DNA of 63,378 bases, the filler included, from Octopus bimaculoides (taxonomy: Eukaryota): NCBI RefSeq assembly GCF_001194135.2. It is 7 parts of 6 records of this genome, joined end to end, with 100 filler letters (N's around TTAATTAATTAA, not from the genome) between each part and the next. Parts side by side here need not be neighbours in the genome. Positions count along the whole stretch, not along the records: positions 1 to 6,620 come from NC_068995.1; positions 6,721 to 30,187 come from NC_068982.1; 5 more parts are not named here. One strand, 5' to 3'. The notes beneath the pieces were generated by a model. It was given only the letters and a program-made list of their open reading frames with translations, had not been told where the DNA came from and did not search any database. Below are positions 1 through 13,337 of this stretch, piece after piece. Within the stretch, counting starts at the first letter, position 1, and each line of letters opens with the position of its first letter. The position numbers and the translations under genes were made by a program.

Positions 1-17
1 ATATATATATATATATT

Positions 18-50
<33 letters not shown>

Positions 51-339
51 ATACATATGCATGGTATGTGATAGAGAGTGTGTTTGTTTACATCCCCATA
101 ACTTGATGATTTGGCAAAAGAGACTGAAAAAGTACCAGATTCAAAATCTAAGTACAATGTCCCAGCATAGCCACAGTCCAATGACTAAAACCAGTTAAAG
201 ATCATAACACAAGCATTCTCCCCCTCCCCATGCACACACAATAATTGGATATTAATGAATGGTAATGAATAAATTTCTTCCACTGTTTCACAGCTTCATT
301 AATCAAAAAAATTATGATTAGATATATATGTATATTAAA

Positions 340-373
<34 letters not shown>

Positions 374-3300
374 AACAGCTGCAGCATCATCAGAGAAAGC
401 AGACATTAAATGATGATGATGATGATGATGATTATGTGTGTGTGTGCTGATACCTGTGAAGACATACTTTCTGATTTTACAGTCCTGTACTTGGTGTTAA
501 TTCCAGCAACCAACAGACATGGAACCGTACACTGCAGCAGACATATTTGTACTGAATGAATTTTCCAACAAAACACATTTTTATTTTGGTCATCTTTAAT
601 TAATTAATTAATTAATTAAATTAATTAATTGGTTGTTTTGTTTTTCAACCTAGTTCTTGTCATTACAATGTTCATTACAAATGGTTCTCTTGTCCATTTT
701 GTTTCTTTTTCTTTTCTTTTTTGTCTTTGTTTTCATGGTGGGGGCAAAGCGGTGGCAGCAGTTTTCATTTTCACACTGAAGAGTAAGGAGAGGACAAATA
801 AGGATTCTAGGTCATGTCATTCCACTATCTCTCTCTCTCTCTCCAAAATATCTATTTTCCCTGCAGTTCTTGAAGGGTTACAGTGTTTGTGTGTATGTAT
901 GTATGTGTAGTTGTGTGCTTTTGTAGCTGTTAATTAATCAAGAGGCTAAATTATTAGCTTCGTTATCATTATCTATTTCAATTTTGCTTAACTGAGAACT
1001 AATGAATATCACCAGTTGCTTTTAATCTGGTTCAAGAATCATTTCTCTTAAGAAATTAATTTCTAATAAAACAAATGTCATCTCTCTTTCTCTTTTTATA
1101 GCACAGAAAATAAGCCGTTGGGGAGTTTTTATATAATAAAATTTTCTTTGTGTAATTTTTGGCATCACATAGAAAGCACCCATGCTAGTACCATGCTTGG
1201 TGCCACATAAAATAGTGCTGGTGCCACATAAAAGAGTACCCTTGCTGGTGCCATGTGAAGAAAGTACCTGTGCTGACATCACATTGGAGAGCACCCAGTA
1301 CACTCTGTAAGGTGGTTAATGTTAGGAAAGGCATTCAACCATAGAAACCATGCCAATACAGACGACTGGAGCCTGGTGCAGCCCTCCAGACCGCTAGCTC
1401 CTGTCAAACTGTTCAACCTGTGCCAGCATGGAAAACGAACATTTAATAAATATTTTAATAACAGGAAAATTTAGGTATTATGTGAATGGTTTGTTCAGTT
1501 TGTAAAGAATGCCTTTATTTTTCTTCTGTATATTGAAATTTATCAAATACCCCGTTTTTTTTAATCTAATTTGTTTTTGAAGATTATGTCAAGATATAAA
1601 TCCTTGCAATTTATTGCATAGGTCTCCCCCCCCCACTTCTGAACATAAATAAGAATTAACTGTTTCCCAATTACAAAAATATAACTAATGAGTGACATTT
1701 CTCTTGTATGACTTGTTTTACTTCAGAAGAGAGCAAGGATAAAGCATCCATGTATGGAAGAAACCTTATTGAGTCATTTATATTCAGTGATTGATTTTAT
1801 ATCACTTTGTGTCTACAGAATCAATGAAAATAATGAACTAATTCTTGCTTGTGTCAGGAACTTAAGTTTGACAATAATACTTTTTTATGTTGTCACAAAA
1901 CTACACACACACACACACACAAAAGAACTACTTGTAGTGGGGTCTACCAAATGTACCTTTTTAGTTTTGAGTCCAGAATAAAATGTGTCTTTGTTAGGTT
2001 AATTCTACCCTCTTTCCAAAGATGGCCAGTTACTTGGGGGTTGAATTAATTAACTAACCCCCACCCACAATATTACTGGTCTTGTATCTAAATTAGGAAC
2101 TATCCTCCTCCTCCTCCTCCTCCTCCTCCTCCTCATGGTAGCAAAGCTGACAGAAGCTCTGGCATGGCGGACAAAAAAGCTTAGTGGCATTTCTTCTGGT
2201 TCTTTAAGTTCTAAGTTCAAATTCTGCCAAAACTAACTTTTGCCTTTCATCCTTCTGAGGTTCCTGTAATTGGCTTCTCCTCCCCTCAAAATTGTTGGCT
2301 TTGTACCAAAATGACAAAGAATCATCATCATCGTCATCAAAGTTTACTCAGATTATAACCATGAGATTCCTGACTTTTTTTTCTTCTTAATCTCTCCTTT
2401 TACTTTCTGATTTCTCTTACCTTTATCTCATCTTATTCTTCACTTCCTGATTTATCTTTTAAACTCTGAGATTACAACTGTATTCCTTCCTTTCACAACT
2501 TCTTTTCTTTTTTTTTTTTCATGTTTTCACATACTTTTATCTCCTTCTTGTTTTGTTCTTTTCATTCTCTTTCCCCAAACATTTATTTAATTATCTTTGT
2601 TTTCTATTCCCTCACCTTCCTCTTGTTACCATCAATTTTGTGAATGTATGACATCATTTCCAACATAGTGCTCTACGTGATTGATTGCAAATGTTCTCTT
2701 CGCTAGACTTCCAAAACCTCACCTTGCTCTTCTTATGATTGCACATGGCCACCAAAACATTTCCAGTTTACTTAAAATATAACAAGTTCATTTACTTCAT
2801 TATCCAAATATTGATTTCTGTCGGCTAGACAGAAGGTCAGTTCTTGTAATGGTAGTGGTGATGGGGCGGGGAGGGAGCGGTTCATAACTAAATGAATTCT
2901 ATCTCACTAGGCTACCAGTATTGATTCCGTTGACTCTACCATCTTTCCCCGGCAGATGACAAAAGTGAACCTGTGATGGGATTTATTATCACAGGACAAT
3001 AACAATACCAAACCTGGATATTATCAAACTCAAGTCTATTTATTCTCAACATTTAAATATTGCAGCCTTACCAAGTTGTTTGCAACCACTGACTCATTTG
3101 CAAAGTTTATATTCTAATATTGAAAAAACTAAAATAAAAATTAAATTTCAAAAACATTCTATTTTTACTCGGTGAGGCTTGTCTGTAAATTTCTTCCTTA
3201 TTTTAACATCCCTTTTCCATGCTTCCATGGGTTGCCTTTCCTGTCACTACAGCAAGTGAGGGTTTGCATCAGGAAGGAAATCCAGCCATAGAAAAACTGC

Positions 3301-6064
3301 CTAAATAAAATCCATCTGACCCATGCAAGTATGGGAAAGTGGACATTCGAACAATGATGATGATGATGATGACTAAAATTAGCATGATTTTTAAGACAAG
3401 AGTTAAGGTAAGGACATCTCGCAATCACCATTGACCATAGAACTAAACATTGAACGTTTTTATAATCACTCTTTGTGATTTATTGATTCTATACAGATTC
3501 AATAATTGAGACACTACTTACCTGTTTCCTTTCTTTTTTTTTTTTTTTACCATTTATTTATTTGTTTGTTTATTTCTCATGCCTGAAGAGGGAGTGCGTT
3601 GCTCCTTTATAAACCGTTTTGGTATTCTTCTGTTGATCAGAAAAGGATGAATGGAATGAAACTGGTATGATTAATTATGCTGAGCTTTCTGGTATTGGAA
3701 ATTTTAGTTTTAGGGTAATGAAGTTAGTGGGGGGAGGGGGGCAGAAAGCAGATATACCACCATTGTTGAAATGCATGAAAATATAAGGTTAATTAAATTA
3801 GTTAATTAAAACTGCACTCTTTTATATATCTTGAGCAATCTGTGTTTTACAATATTCAGTTTCAAATGTGTGTATGTTCATATGTATGTGATTGTGTGTG
3901 TGCACATATATATAAAGACGGCAATAATCACAAAAAGAAAGCATAAGAGGGACATACTGAAGGAAATGTTGCATTCGTTTAATGCTGTGTGTATATTATG
4001 TATGTATATACACGCACCCACACACTCACAAACACATAGAACCTGTTGAAGTAGGTTTTAAAAATAGGGTCTTCTAAAGAAATTCTCTTCTCTCTATCTT
4101 ACACGGATAGGTGGCATATCCCTGCTTTCTTCCCAGATTTATCACTAATCGGCAGCTAATGCAAAATCGACATGCTTGAGAATATATTATATGTATGTAT
4201 AAGAAAAAGAAAGAGAGAAAAGAGGGGGTCAGATTTGATCAGCTGATTCAAAACATAATGATTTGGCATTCTTGGCAATCGGCTTTGTTGGGTCATCTTG
4301 TTGCCATGGTGACTCAGTCCAGCCTGACCTCCTGTTTTCCCATGACCAACTGGCTGTCCGTTGTCTTCACAACTTGTTTCTATTGGCTCCTCTCCAGTAT
4401 TCTTAATAATTACACTGGGATGTTATCTCCCCTGGTTTTACTTGAATCCCTTCTAAGGTATATCAATGCATTTCATTTGATGTTTAGGTTCTTTTCTTTT
4501 GTTTCATATATATATATATATATATATATACATACATTAATAGAGATAGATAGATAAATAGTGTGTGTTATCCATTAATATTTACTAGCTATCTACAGCC
4601 TTACATCTTCTGTATGCTTCTATGTCTATCTTTATGCGTGTCTGTGTGTATGTATGTCTATGTATGCTTATGTATGTCTATGTATGTGTCTGTGCATTTC
4701 TATATTTTGTATAATTATTCAGTTGCCTCCACTTCCGATATTGGTCCTTTTCCAGATCACACATTTTAATCCAATAACAAGAAGAAAAAGACTTAAAAAG
4801 GATACATATATAAATTGACAAAAATATTTGGAAAGAGAGAGATTAATGTTTAGATCAGTGGATAAAGAAATAGAAATGGAGGGGGGGGGGCGGTTTACTG
4901 AAAGATAAATTCTGACGGACAGACAGATTGATTTGTAGACCAACAGATAGGTTGACTGTGGCAGAGAGTGCTACAGACTTGCTGTTTTACAGATGGGTGT
5001 TCTTATTTAGTCCCAAATTTATCCTGCTGGAGCATCCCTGTGTGTGTTTTTTCTTTTTTTCTTTTTTTCTTTAAGATATAGCATATTTAGGACCACATCA
5101 TCTCACGCAGAGGTTCCAAATCAGCAGACCAAAGACCAGTCTTGGGTCACACACAAAGACTAAATTTTAAAATTCTATTTCTATTTCATTGGCAGTTTGC
5201 AGGTCTTTTTGCTAGAATTAAATTATATATCATCCATTTTACTCTATTTTGTTGAGTGTGACTTTCCAATTTGGGAAAATCGCCTTGCATGAAACCAATC
5301 TCTGATGCAGAAATGCTTGTGGATTGTAGATTTAACATGTTCTTACTTTTTGTAGACAACTGGATATGAATTAAGGGACGTTGAGTTGCTGTTTTGTTTT
5401 AATTTCTAATTATTAAATGTAGATAACAATCAAGAATATTTGGTCAAACTGAGAAAGAGGAAGTAAGCTTTAACACTTTGGAGTGAATTTTGATTTGTAA
5501 CATTTTTTATTAAATTCTAATAGAGTTATTGCAGCTTAATGCTATTTTAATAGCATTTACCTGAAATTAGAAGCCAAAATTGTTACAATTGACATGAAGT
5601 TGGCAGTGAGCTGAAATTGTCCAAGGTCTTTGTTTCAAGTGCACACATGGTTTATCATAGAAGACAAATTGATGTTGAAATTTACTGCTATTATCAACAG
5701 ACACAAGGAAATAAAAAGAGGGTTGTTCTTGCAGCTATGGTCTCAAACTGCTTCTTAATATTGTAGTTATGCCAAATATGAATATTAAGTTGATAAAAAT
5801 TATTGTAATATATTAGGTATTGATCTAATGTGTTTTTTTTTATATATTTGTTTTTAAATGTTGTTGTTGTTGTTGTTGTTATTGTTGCCCTTAGATCTTC
5901 CTTTCTGATATGTGTGTGTCTGTGTAAACACACACAATACACAGACTCAGCTCCATTTTGAGAAGTCTTCACTTTTAGTTGTTTTATTTTCCAAGTTATT
6001 TTATTGAATGTAAGTAAACTGAATTATCAAACAACATTCTTGTTTTACATATAATTTATTACTT

Positions 6065-6067
<3 letters not shown>

Positions 6068-6159
<92 letters not shown>
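6068..6159. repeat. (CT)n microsatellite
   Basis: Visible directly. It is representative of dozens of (CA)n, (TA)n, (CT)n, (CAT)n and (TACA)n tracts across the window. Confidence 0.95.
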
Positions 6160-6620
6160 CATTTAAAAGAATATATTTTAATTCCTGTAGAATTTGGCAA
6201 GCAGTTTTATTATATTCTCTGCACACACACACACATGCAATATGTGTGTCAGTGTTTATACGCACGCATGTACAGAGTTTATATGAATACATAATGTACA
6301 AAATCTGTCTATAATAGCATATTATGTGAAGGGCTTGAAACGTGGTATGTGCATATATCGACACATATTCGGTGTGTCAGTCCAGCAGCATTGCTGTCAA
6401 TGATGGCTGCTGCTGCTGTTGCTGCTGCTGCTGGTAGTGTGTTAGCAACAAAACTTAGTGTTTCAGTGATGGAGGAGTGCGACGGTGTCGATGGTGCCGA
6501 TGGTGATAGTGTTTGAACTGGCTGTGTATCAATTGCTGCTCAGTTGTTTCATTCAGCCAACCACCCACCCACCCTCTGCCAGCAGCCATAGCTCTTCCTC
6601 TCTCTCTCTCTCTCTCTCTC

Positions 6621-6720
6621 NNNNNNNNNNNNNNNNNNNNNNNNNNNNNNNNNNNNNNNNNNNNTTAATTAATTAANNNNNNNNNNNNNNNNNNNNNNNN
6701 NNNNNNNNNNNNNNNNNNNN
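6621..6720. other. Assembly gap with TTAATTAATTAA linker (technical artefact)
   Basis: N44-TTAATTAATTAA-N44. Identical 100-nt structures occur at 30188-30287, 40360-40459, 43842-43941, 46701-46800 and 61262-61361. Confidence 0.9.
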
Positions 6721-7164
6721 TAAACGATGATGATGATGATGATGATTAAATGAAAAAAAGATTTACATGAATATCCTCAGAAGAGTAATTGAAATAAATG
6801 GCGATTGTGGAACCACCCCCCCACGCTCGCACGCACGTATACACACGTGTGTCTTTGTAAATATGTTTGTATACATTTATGTATGTGTGTGTTTGTAAGA
6901 GACAGAGTGTGAGTGAGTCAAGGGATGTGTGTGAGACAGAGTGAGAGAGCGGTGTGTATGTAGTATTTACTCTCTGTCTCATACACACGAACACACAAAA
7001 TAGAAAGTGAAGATTTTTGCGGTTGTTACGTCAATACCGGAAGTTGACATTGAGGAACCTTTTTAAAGAAATGAATCTTAAATATAAAGCAATATTATTT
7101 ATTTTTAATTATTTATTTTGATGTTTTAAGACATTTCTCTGCAGAAAGAATTTGGTAGTCTTAC

Positions 7165-7257
7165 CTCAAGAACATGGATTAATGCAATTCTCAGGGAGGG
7201 GTTCTTTTCACACATTGCATTTAGGATGCATTCGAGATTACGGCTTATACACAGCGT
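7165..7257 (-). CDS. PTPN13: PTPN13-like gene, fourth coding exon (KIND domain)
   Basis: Acceptor ggtttatttcag|ACG. 93 nt, phase 0/0, encoding TLCISRNLECILNAMCEKNPSLRIALIHVLE (cf. IKLGDHLNSILLGMCEDVIYARVSVRTVLD). Donor GAG|gtaaga. Not in the ORF track; found by manual translation. Confidence 0.8.
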
Positions 7258-7527
7258 CTGAAATAAACCAATTTTGACCATTACTCAACACGGACAGGAA
7301 TTATTTATGTCATTTATTTTAACATTACAAAAAGAAGCAGAAATGTTTACCAAAGTTTTTGCAACTCATTTACACATTCCAGATTTTCTTCAAGATTATA
7401 TATCAACAACCATTTATCCAACCCTACTTAACTCCTTTTTTTTAATTAATTACTACTAATCCTCACTAATCACAACCTTCGTTTTACTGTTGTATATCAT
7501 CAACAACACTGTTTATACATACTTGAA

Positions 7528-7619
<92 letters not shown>

Positions 7620-7621
7620 AT

Positions 7622-8036
7622 TTTATCTTTTACTTGTTTAAGTCATTAGACTGTGGCCATGCTGGAGCACCAACTCAAAGAATTTTTAGTCAAATGACTC
7701 GACCCTAGTACTTCATTTTTTTTAAAGCCTGATACAAATTCTATTGGGTCTGATTTGCCAAATCCCTAAGTCACAGGAATATAAACACACCAACACCAAT
7801 TGTCAAGCAGTAGTGGTGGTGGTGGTGGTGGTTGTGAATATTAAAAAACATCACACACACATACATATAATAGGCTTCTTTCAATTTCTGTCCACAGAAT
7901 CCACTCACAAAGCTTTGGTGAGCCTGAGGCTATAGCAGAAGACACCTGCCCAAGTTGCCACACAGGGGGCACATAGTTCTGATCCCAGAACTATGTGATT
8001 GGGAACCAAACTTCTTACCACACAGTCACACCTGTG
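7622..8036 (-). mobile_element. SINE family C (tRNA-like head, ttgggcaagtgtcttct core, internal CA/GT repeat)
   Basis: Reverse complement of the 10281-10670 type; ends catggccacagtctaatgact.aaacaagtaaaaga. Confidence 0.7.
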
Positions 8037-8376
8037 GCATATATATATGATGCCAGTGCTGCTGGTAGATGCCGGTGCCGTATGGTCAATTCCACTGCCA
8101 TCTGGTCGATGCCAGTGCCGCCTGGTCGATGCCAGTGCCGCCTGACTGGCTCTCGTGGCAGCAAAACATCCCATATTTAACATGACCATTGATGTGGTAT
8201 CAGTGAAGTCAGGCAGATGTTAACAGTGTCTTCATATGATTAATGCTTTACCATTTTCTTTTTCAGATTCCATTGCACACTGTGCTTCTCATTGAAACAT
8301 GGATCAAGAGTGAATTTGAGGCTTTCTGCAACATCCTATGAGTGTGTGTATGAAAATATATATATATATATATATA

Positions 8377-8580
8377 CCACCTGACTGGCCTTCATGCTGG
8401 TGGCATGTAAAAAGCACCCACTACACTCTCTGAGTGGTTGGCGTTAGGAAGGGCATCCAGCTGTAGAAACTCTGCCAAATTAGATTGGAGCCTGGTGTAG
8501 CCATCTGGTTTCACCAGTCCTCAGTCAAATGTCCAACTCATGCTAGCATGGAAAGCGGACGTATGATGATGATGATGATA
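8377..8580 (+). mobile_element. SINE/LINE 3'-tail family A (ends in (GAT)n)
   Basis: gtaaaaagcacccactacactct..ttggcgttaggaagggcatccagctgtagaaactctgccaa..gcatggaaagcggacgt.(gat)n. Related copies lie near 1290-1445, 3240-3372, 19390-19590 and 25778-25870. Confidence 0.7.
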
Positions 8581-8724
8581 AGTGAGTATTGTAGTTTGCT
8601 TGAAGCATTGTGTATTGTTTATAAAAAATAATGTGTATTGAATGGCACAACAATGTATATATACACATATATACATAAATTCATGTGATGAAGTGATTTG
8701 TTTAAAACCAAAATTTCTACCAAC

Positions 8725-8790
8725 CGGGTTCTTCTTTGAACAATGCTCAAGAGCAACTTGAAGTGTTTTCCCCAAGGAATAAACATATAT
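8725..8790 (-). CDS. PTPN13: PTPN13-like gene, third coding exon (KIND domain)
   Basis: Acceptor ttcttcttttaatttcag|ATA. 66 nt, phase 0/0, encoding IYVYSLGKTLQVALEHCSKKNP (cf. IHIYSLGMTL of PTPN13). Donor CCG|gttggt. Confidence 0.85.
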
Positions 8791-9435
8791 CTGAAATTAA
8801 AAGAAGAATGCAGGTTTAATTACTGGCTAATCCCTGGATTATAATTAACATTGTTAATACAGTAATTAGTACGTACAACGGTTTATCTCCTGGACTCACC
8901 TTGGGACACCAGTATTACTGTTTGACAGACCACCCAAGGCAAACACCCCACCTGACACTTTTCTCTACTAAAGGTCACACATTGGCTGCACTGGGGCTCA
9001 TCAAGGTCAGTGACCTACACCAAAAGCTTCACACCAGATGAGAAATCACCAATCAGTGATTGGTCCACAGTTCCTTTTCTGTCAAGTGACTTGCCATAGT
9101 TATCACACATAACCACACACACACACACACACACGCATATATACATACATTTACACATATACACACACGTGTCTTTTAAATTTGTTTATGGTAACGCTAA
9201 CGATATGCAAATAAAGCTCTTATTTCCTTATGCCAGCTCCCAACTAATGCTGCTGACCAGGGAGTCAGATTGTTCAGGGTTGCATCATGGTTACACCGAT
9301 ATAATGTGGGATCCAAAATATAATAACAACAATAATAATTCTAGGATTGCAGGAGATGGATAAGACCTCAAAAGGGTTTAATTATGTGAACAATCCCCAC
9401 ATGGGTCCACCTGAAGTTGAAAATGTAACACAAAC

Positions 9436-9605
9436 CTTTTCAATGGCAGCTTCTGATGCTGCAATTCCAGTGTGCATTTCTGGTGCAAAATAAATTGAAT
9501 TTTTGGGTTGTGATGACTGTGAAAATTGCGTCTTGCCATTGGCGCACAGAAGGAGTGTGTTTGGAGTTATGACGAAACTGGGTCCACCATCTAGTATTGC
9601 TTCAC
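9436..9605 (-). CDS. PTPN13: PTPN13-like gene, second coding exon (KIND domain)
   Basis: Acceptor ttttctatttgcag|GT completes the split Gly codon from exon 1. 170 nt encode (G)EAILDGGPSFVITPNTLLLCANGKTQFSQSSQPKNSIYFAPEMHTGIAASEAAIEK. Donor AAG|gtttgt. Matches the KIND motifs FIISPWSLLLLPSGSVSF and APE. Confidence 0.85.
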
Positions 9606-9954
9606 CTGCAAATAGAAAACAGCAGAAACCCCCAAAATTATTGAAATTATACAAAATTGACAACAAATAGAAATTATCTTATTTTTTTTAATGTTATTTT
9701 TTGCTCTTCTAAATGAAGGAATTTCTCCTACATTTTGCTTTTTGGATCCCTTCATAATATTCTAAAGATATTCCCTAGTTTTCTGTTAACTACACAGTGC
9801 TCCCACTGTTTACAGCAATGAACTGCACCAACAGATGAGTCTAAATTACAGCAAGGTGGCACAGCAATTTTAAGTTAATTAACTTTGCCAGGGATATCAC
9901 CAGCTGCAACTGTTATTAACGAGAAACATTAATTCACCCTCCTCAACCCTTTCA

Positions 9955-9992
<38 letters not shown>

Positions 9993-10280
9993 TACTCGTA
10001 CAACACGCACACGCACACATACTCACAGGGCACTTCACACTTTAATATGCCCAGGTGTAGAGAGATTAAAAAGTGAAATAATTAATTATGAAACTTAAGA
10101 GTCAATTTGGCCCACTTGTCTCAAGAGGAATTCAGTATGAGAACAACAACAACTACAAACAAATTGCAGAATCCAGCAGAAACTCCCTAAACTTCCAATT
10201 AGAGTAAAACAAACCAGACGGCGGCCTTCACTACAACAACAACAACAGCATGAGAACATTTTCTGGTTTAATCAGAATAA

Positions 10281-10670
10281 AGGTGCAGCAGTGGCTGCGT
10301 GGTAAGAAGCTTGCCTCCCAAACCCACAGTTCCAGGTTCAGTCCCATTGTGTGGCACCTTGGGCAAGTGTCTTCTGCTATAGCCCCAGGCCGATCAAAGC
10401 TTTTTGGGTGAATTTGGTAGATGGAAACTGAAAGAAGCTTGTCATGTGTGTGTGTGTGTCTTTGTTTGTCCTCCACTACCACTTGACAACTGGTGTTGGT
10501 GTGTTTACATCCCTATAACTTAGCAGTTCAACAAAAAGAAACTGACAGAATAAATACCAGGCTTAAAAGACAAAGAAAAAATTAAGTCCTGATGTTGATT
10601 CATTTGACTAAAATTCTTCAAGGTGGTGCCCCAGCATGGCCATAGTCTAATGAGTGAAACAAGATAGAAG
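10281..10670 (+). mobile_element. SINE family C
   Basis: gtggctgcgtggtaagaagcttgc...ggttcagtccca...ggcaccttgggcaagtgtcttct...(gt)n...catggccatagtctaatgagtgaaacaag. Confidence 0.75.
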
Positions 10671-11027
10671 GTGAAGGGTTAGTGACCTTTGACCTTCACA
10701 AAACATCCCAAATTGTAAACGCGTGCCAAATCAATCTTCCAACTCTACCACACACACACACACGTGCGCGCGCGCGCGTGCATCAAATGCAAAACAGTCT
10801 CCAGAGTCACTTCAAACCAACAATGCGACCAATTCCGATGTTGCCCTTTTCACAGTCAATCAATGAATTCTTAACATCATCAAACTTACCAGTCCCCCCA
10901 CCCCACCCCACCTCTCTCTGTCTCTTTGCAGAGATACATCCTAACTTTTGGAGACTCACTGCAGTGTCTACCAATTCCCAAGAAAGGCACCCCCACCGCC
11001 CTTTCACCCTATCACACTTTCCTTCCA

Positions 11028-11245
11028 ATATTCTTTTTTACTCTAGGCACAAGACCCGAAATTTTGTGGGAGGGATCCAGTCAATTAGATCGACTCCAGT
11101 ACGCAACTGGTACTTAATTTATCAACCCCTAAAGAATAGAAGGCAAATTTGACCTCAGCACAATTTGAAATCAGAATGTAAAGACAGGTGAAATGCCGCC
11201 AAGCGTTTCGTCCAGCGTGCTAACGATTCTGCCAGCTCACCTGCC
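11028..11245 (-). mobile_element. SINE family B
   Basis: Head ggcaggtgagctggcagaatcgttagcac; central gcctt.catcctt..ggggt.gataaattaagtaccag; tail caaaatttc..g.cttgtgcct. The family recurs more than 12 times in the window. Confidence 0.75.
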
Positions 11246-11300
11246 TTCACTTTCTTCTAATATTTCACAGGTAAAAAGGTGATAAAATGGAACAATTGTT

Positions 11301-11496
11301 GGCAGGTGGAACAAGACGCTGCTGAGCATTTTGTTCATCTTTACGTTCTGAGTTCAAACTCCACTGAGGTTAACTTTGCCTTCCATCCTTCTGGGGTCAA
11401 TGAAATAAGTACCAGCTGAACACTGGGGGTTGATGCAATTGAGTAGCACCTCCTCACAAAATTTCAGGTGTTGTGCTTATAATAGAAAAGATTATT
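11301..11496 (+). mobile_element. SINE family B (inverted partner of 11028-11245)
   Basis: Same central domain and tail, in the opposite orientation. Confidence 0.7.
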
Positions 11497-11914
11497 TCAA
11501 AGCTAATGAAGAAAGCAAAACTCACCCCCAGCACCACCAACTGTTTGACTCCACTTTCAATTCTAAATTATTCAAGACCAGCCCTGGTTCCGATACCAAC
11601 TCCCAGTTTTGAAGTAACCTCAATTAAAACCTTCCATCAAAACTTCATAATAATTTATGTTCCAAACACTGGCTTAAATAGTGACAAAGTTATTTCATTA
11701 AGTCCTTCGTTAATTGAAGGAAAAGCAGTGGATTTCAGCAGTAAAACGGTAATAAAAGGGTTAAATGGAACAATAACAGCATCTATCTCACTGGGTTTCC
11801 GAGAGACAGCAAAGCTTATGAACACTGCTTCTTCCTTCAGATCAAACCAACAGATTAAAAACTCCAAACATGTTCCAGCCTTATTGGACCGTCTCAGCTG
11901 ATCATAATCTTAAC

Positions 11915-12770
11915 AGAATTTTTGAACACAGACTTTGGTGAGAAAATAATTGTTGACCCAGTCAGGGTGCCTGAAGGGGTTAAAGTGACCACAGCCGCCT
12001 ACTGCAATCTCCGGAAGGAGGTCTTGGATCCCTGGCTAGATGACATACCACTGTCACTTCTAAGGATTCTCGTATTCATACATGACAACATTCCCTCCCA
12101 CTCTGCTAGGCCCACCCAAACATTACTGGGGTCTTACGGCATACAAGGTGAAAAGTCGATGGTGTGGTTGCAAGCATCTCTGGATCTCAACCCCATCGAA
12201 AATCTTTGGTCCATCATTAAGCAAGATGTTTATGCTGAAGGATACCAATTTACATTGAAAGATGTTTTATGAGACGACCATGAAAGCTGCAGCAGAGGCA
12301 GTCCGACCTGCGACTATTAAGAAATTGACAGACTCCATAAGTAGTAGGGTTTTTGAAGTTATCCATCGAAAAGGACCTCATCATCATCATCGTTTAACGT
12401 CCGCTTTCCATGCTAGCATGGGTTGGACGATTTGACTGAGGACTGGTGCAACTGGATGGCTACACCAGGCTCCAATCTGATCTGGCAGAGTTTCTACAGC
12501 TGGATGCCCTTCCTAACACCAACCACTCCGAGAGTGTAGTGGGTGCTTTTACGTGCCACTGGCACGAAGGCCAGTCAGGTGGCCCATGTGGCTAAATAAT
12601 TCATTATGTCAGTAAATGTTATGATATAATTATGGTTTTCTGTTAAATCCATACTCAATGTATGCTTAATATGTATCGTCACCCTTCATTGTCTGAAAAA
12701 AGTCTAGATGGGCGATTTTCATTCAAAAGCTATTAGCATGGTTCACCCAAAAAACTGAAGAATCTGAAAT
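11915..12770 (+). mobile_element. Tc1-family transposase remnant (C-terminal DDE region)
   Basis: ORF 11922-12272 contains VFIHDNIPSHSA and SLDLNPIENLWSIIKQDVY, typical of Tc1 HDNAPSH and SPDLNPIENLW. The coding end (HRKG...HVAK*) is split by a SINE at 12378-12580. Confidence 0.8.
12378..12580 (-). mobile_element. Family A repeat inserted into the Tc1 remnant
   Basis: (cat)n-cgtttaacgtccgctttccatgctagcatggg... interrupts the transposase stop region. Confidence 0.75.
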
Positions 12771-13296
12771 AAAAAAGAATGTGGTTCTGGGTATAAAGTT
12801 GGCAGCAAGGACAGTATTTTATGCATGGAACACCTCTGATCAGATACATCCAGTGGATCAAGATTGCCTAGGGCTAAACAACACCTACTACTACTACTAC
12901 TACTAGCATCAAGACAATCTGACTCTCAGAAATTGGGGAGATAGGGTTAGGGTTAGGGTTGTGTGATGTCAACCCAGTTACAACTTTGGCTGCTGTAAAA
13001 GATGAAACTGTTTCACCAGAAGAGTGGAAGGAAAGGGTGTGTGTGGGTGTGGGTGTCATAACATTGTAATAATGGTTCCTAGTCTCTAATTATTTGGTGT
13101 TAGTCATGTTTTTAATAGGATTGGTGGTGGGGTGGGGTGGATGGGTACTCGTTGCATTTGAAAACACACCCAGTTTTGGAAGAACTGGTGTAAACATACA
13201 TTCGTACATATATGCAAGATGTGTATGCGTGTATATGTGTGCTTCAAGCTTTCATGCATGGTATGTATATATATATGCACAAATACCCCTCCCCCC

Positions 13297-13337
<41 letters not shown>

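Noticed and set aside
5561-5610. Candidate fifth PTPN13-like exon (LTANFMSIVTILASNF) ending in cag|gtaaat
   Set aside because: It has no resemblance to the expected ACSAH..V..LV.LVLG KIND segment. Other candidates at ~3070-3112, ~4113-4185 and ~450-545 had the wrong phase or no homology.
12943-12960. (TTAGGG)3 interstitial telomeric repeat
   Set aside because: Only three units in a microsatellite-rich genome; not distinguishable from chance.
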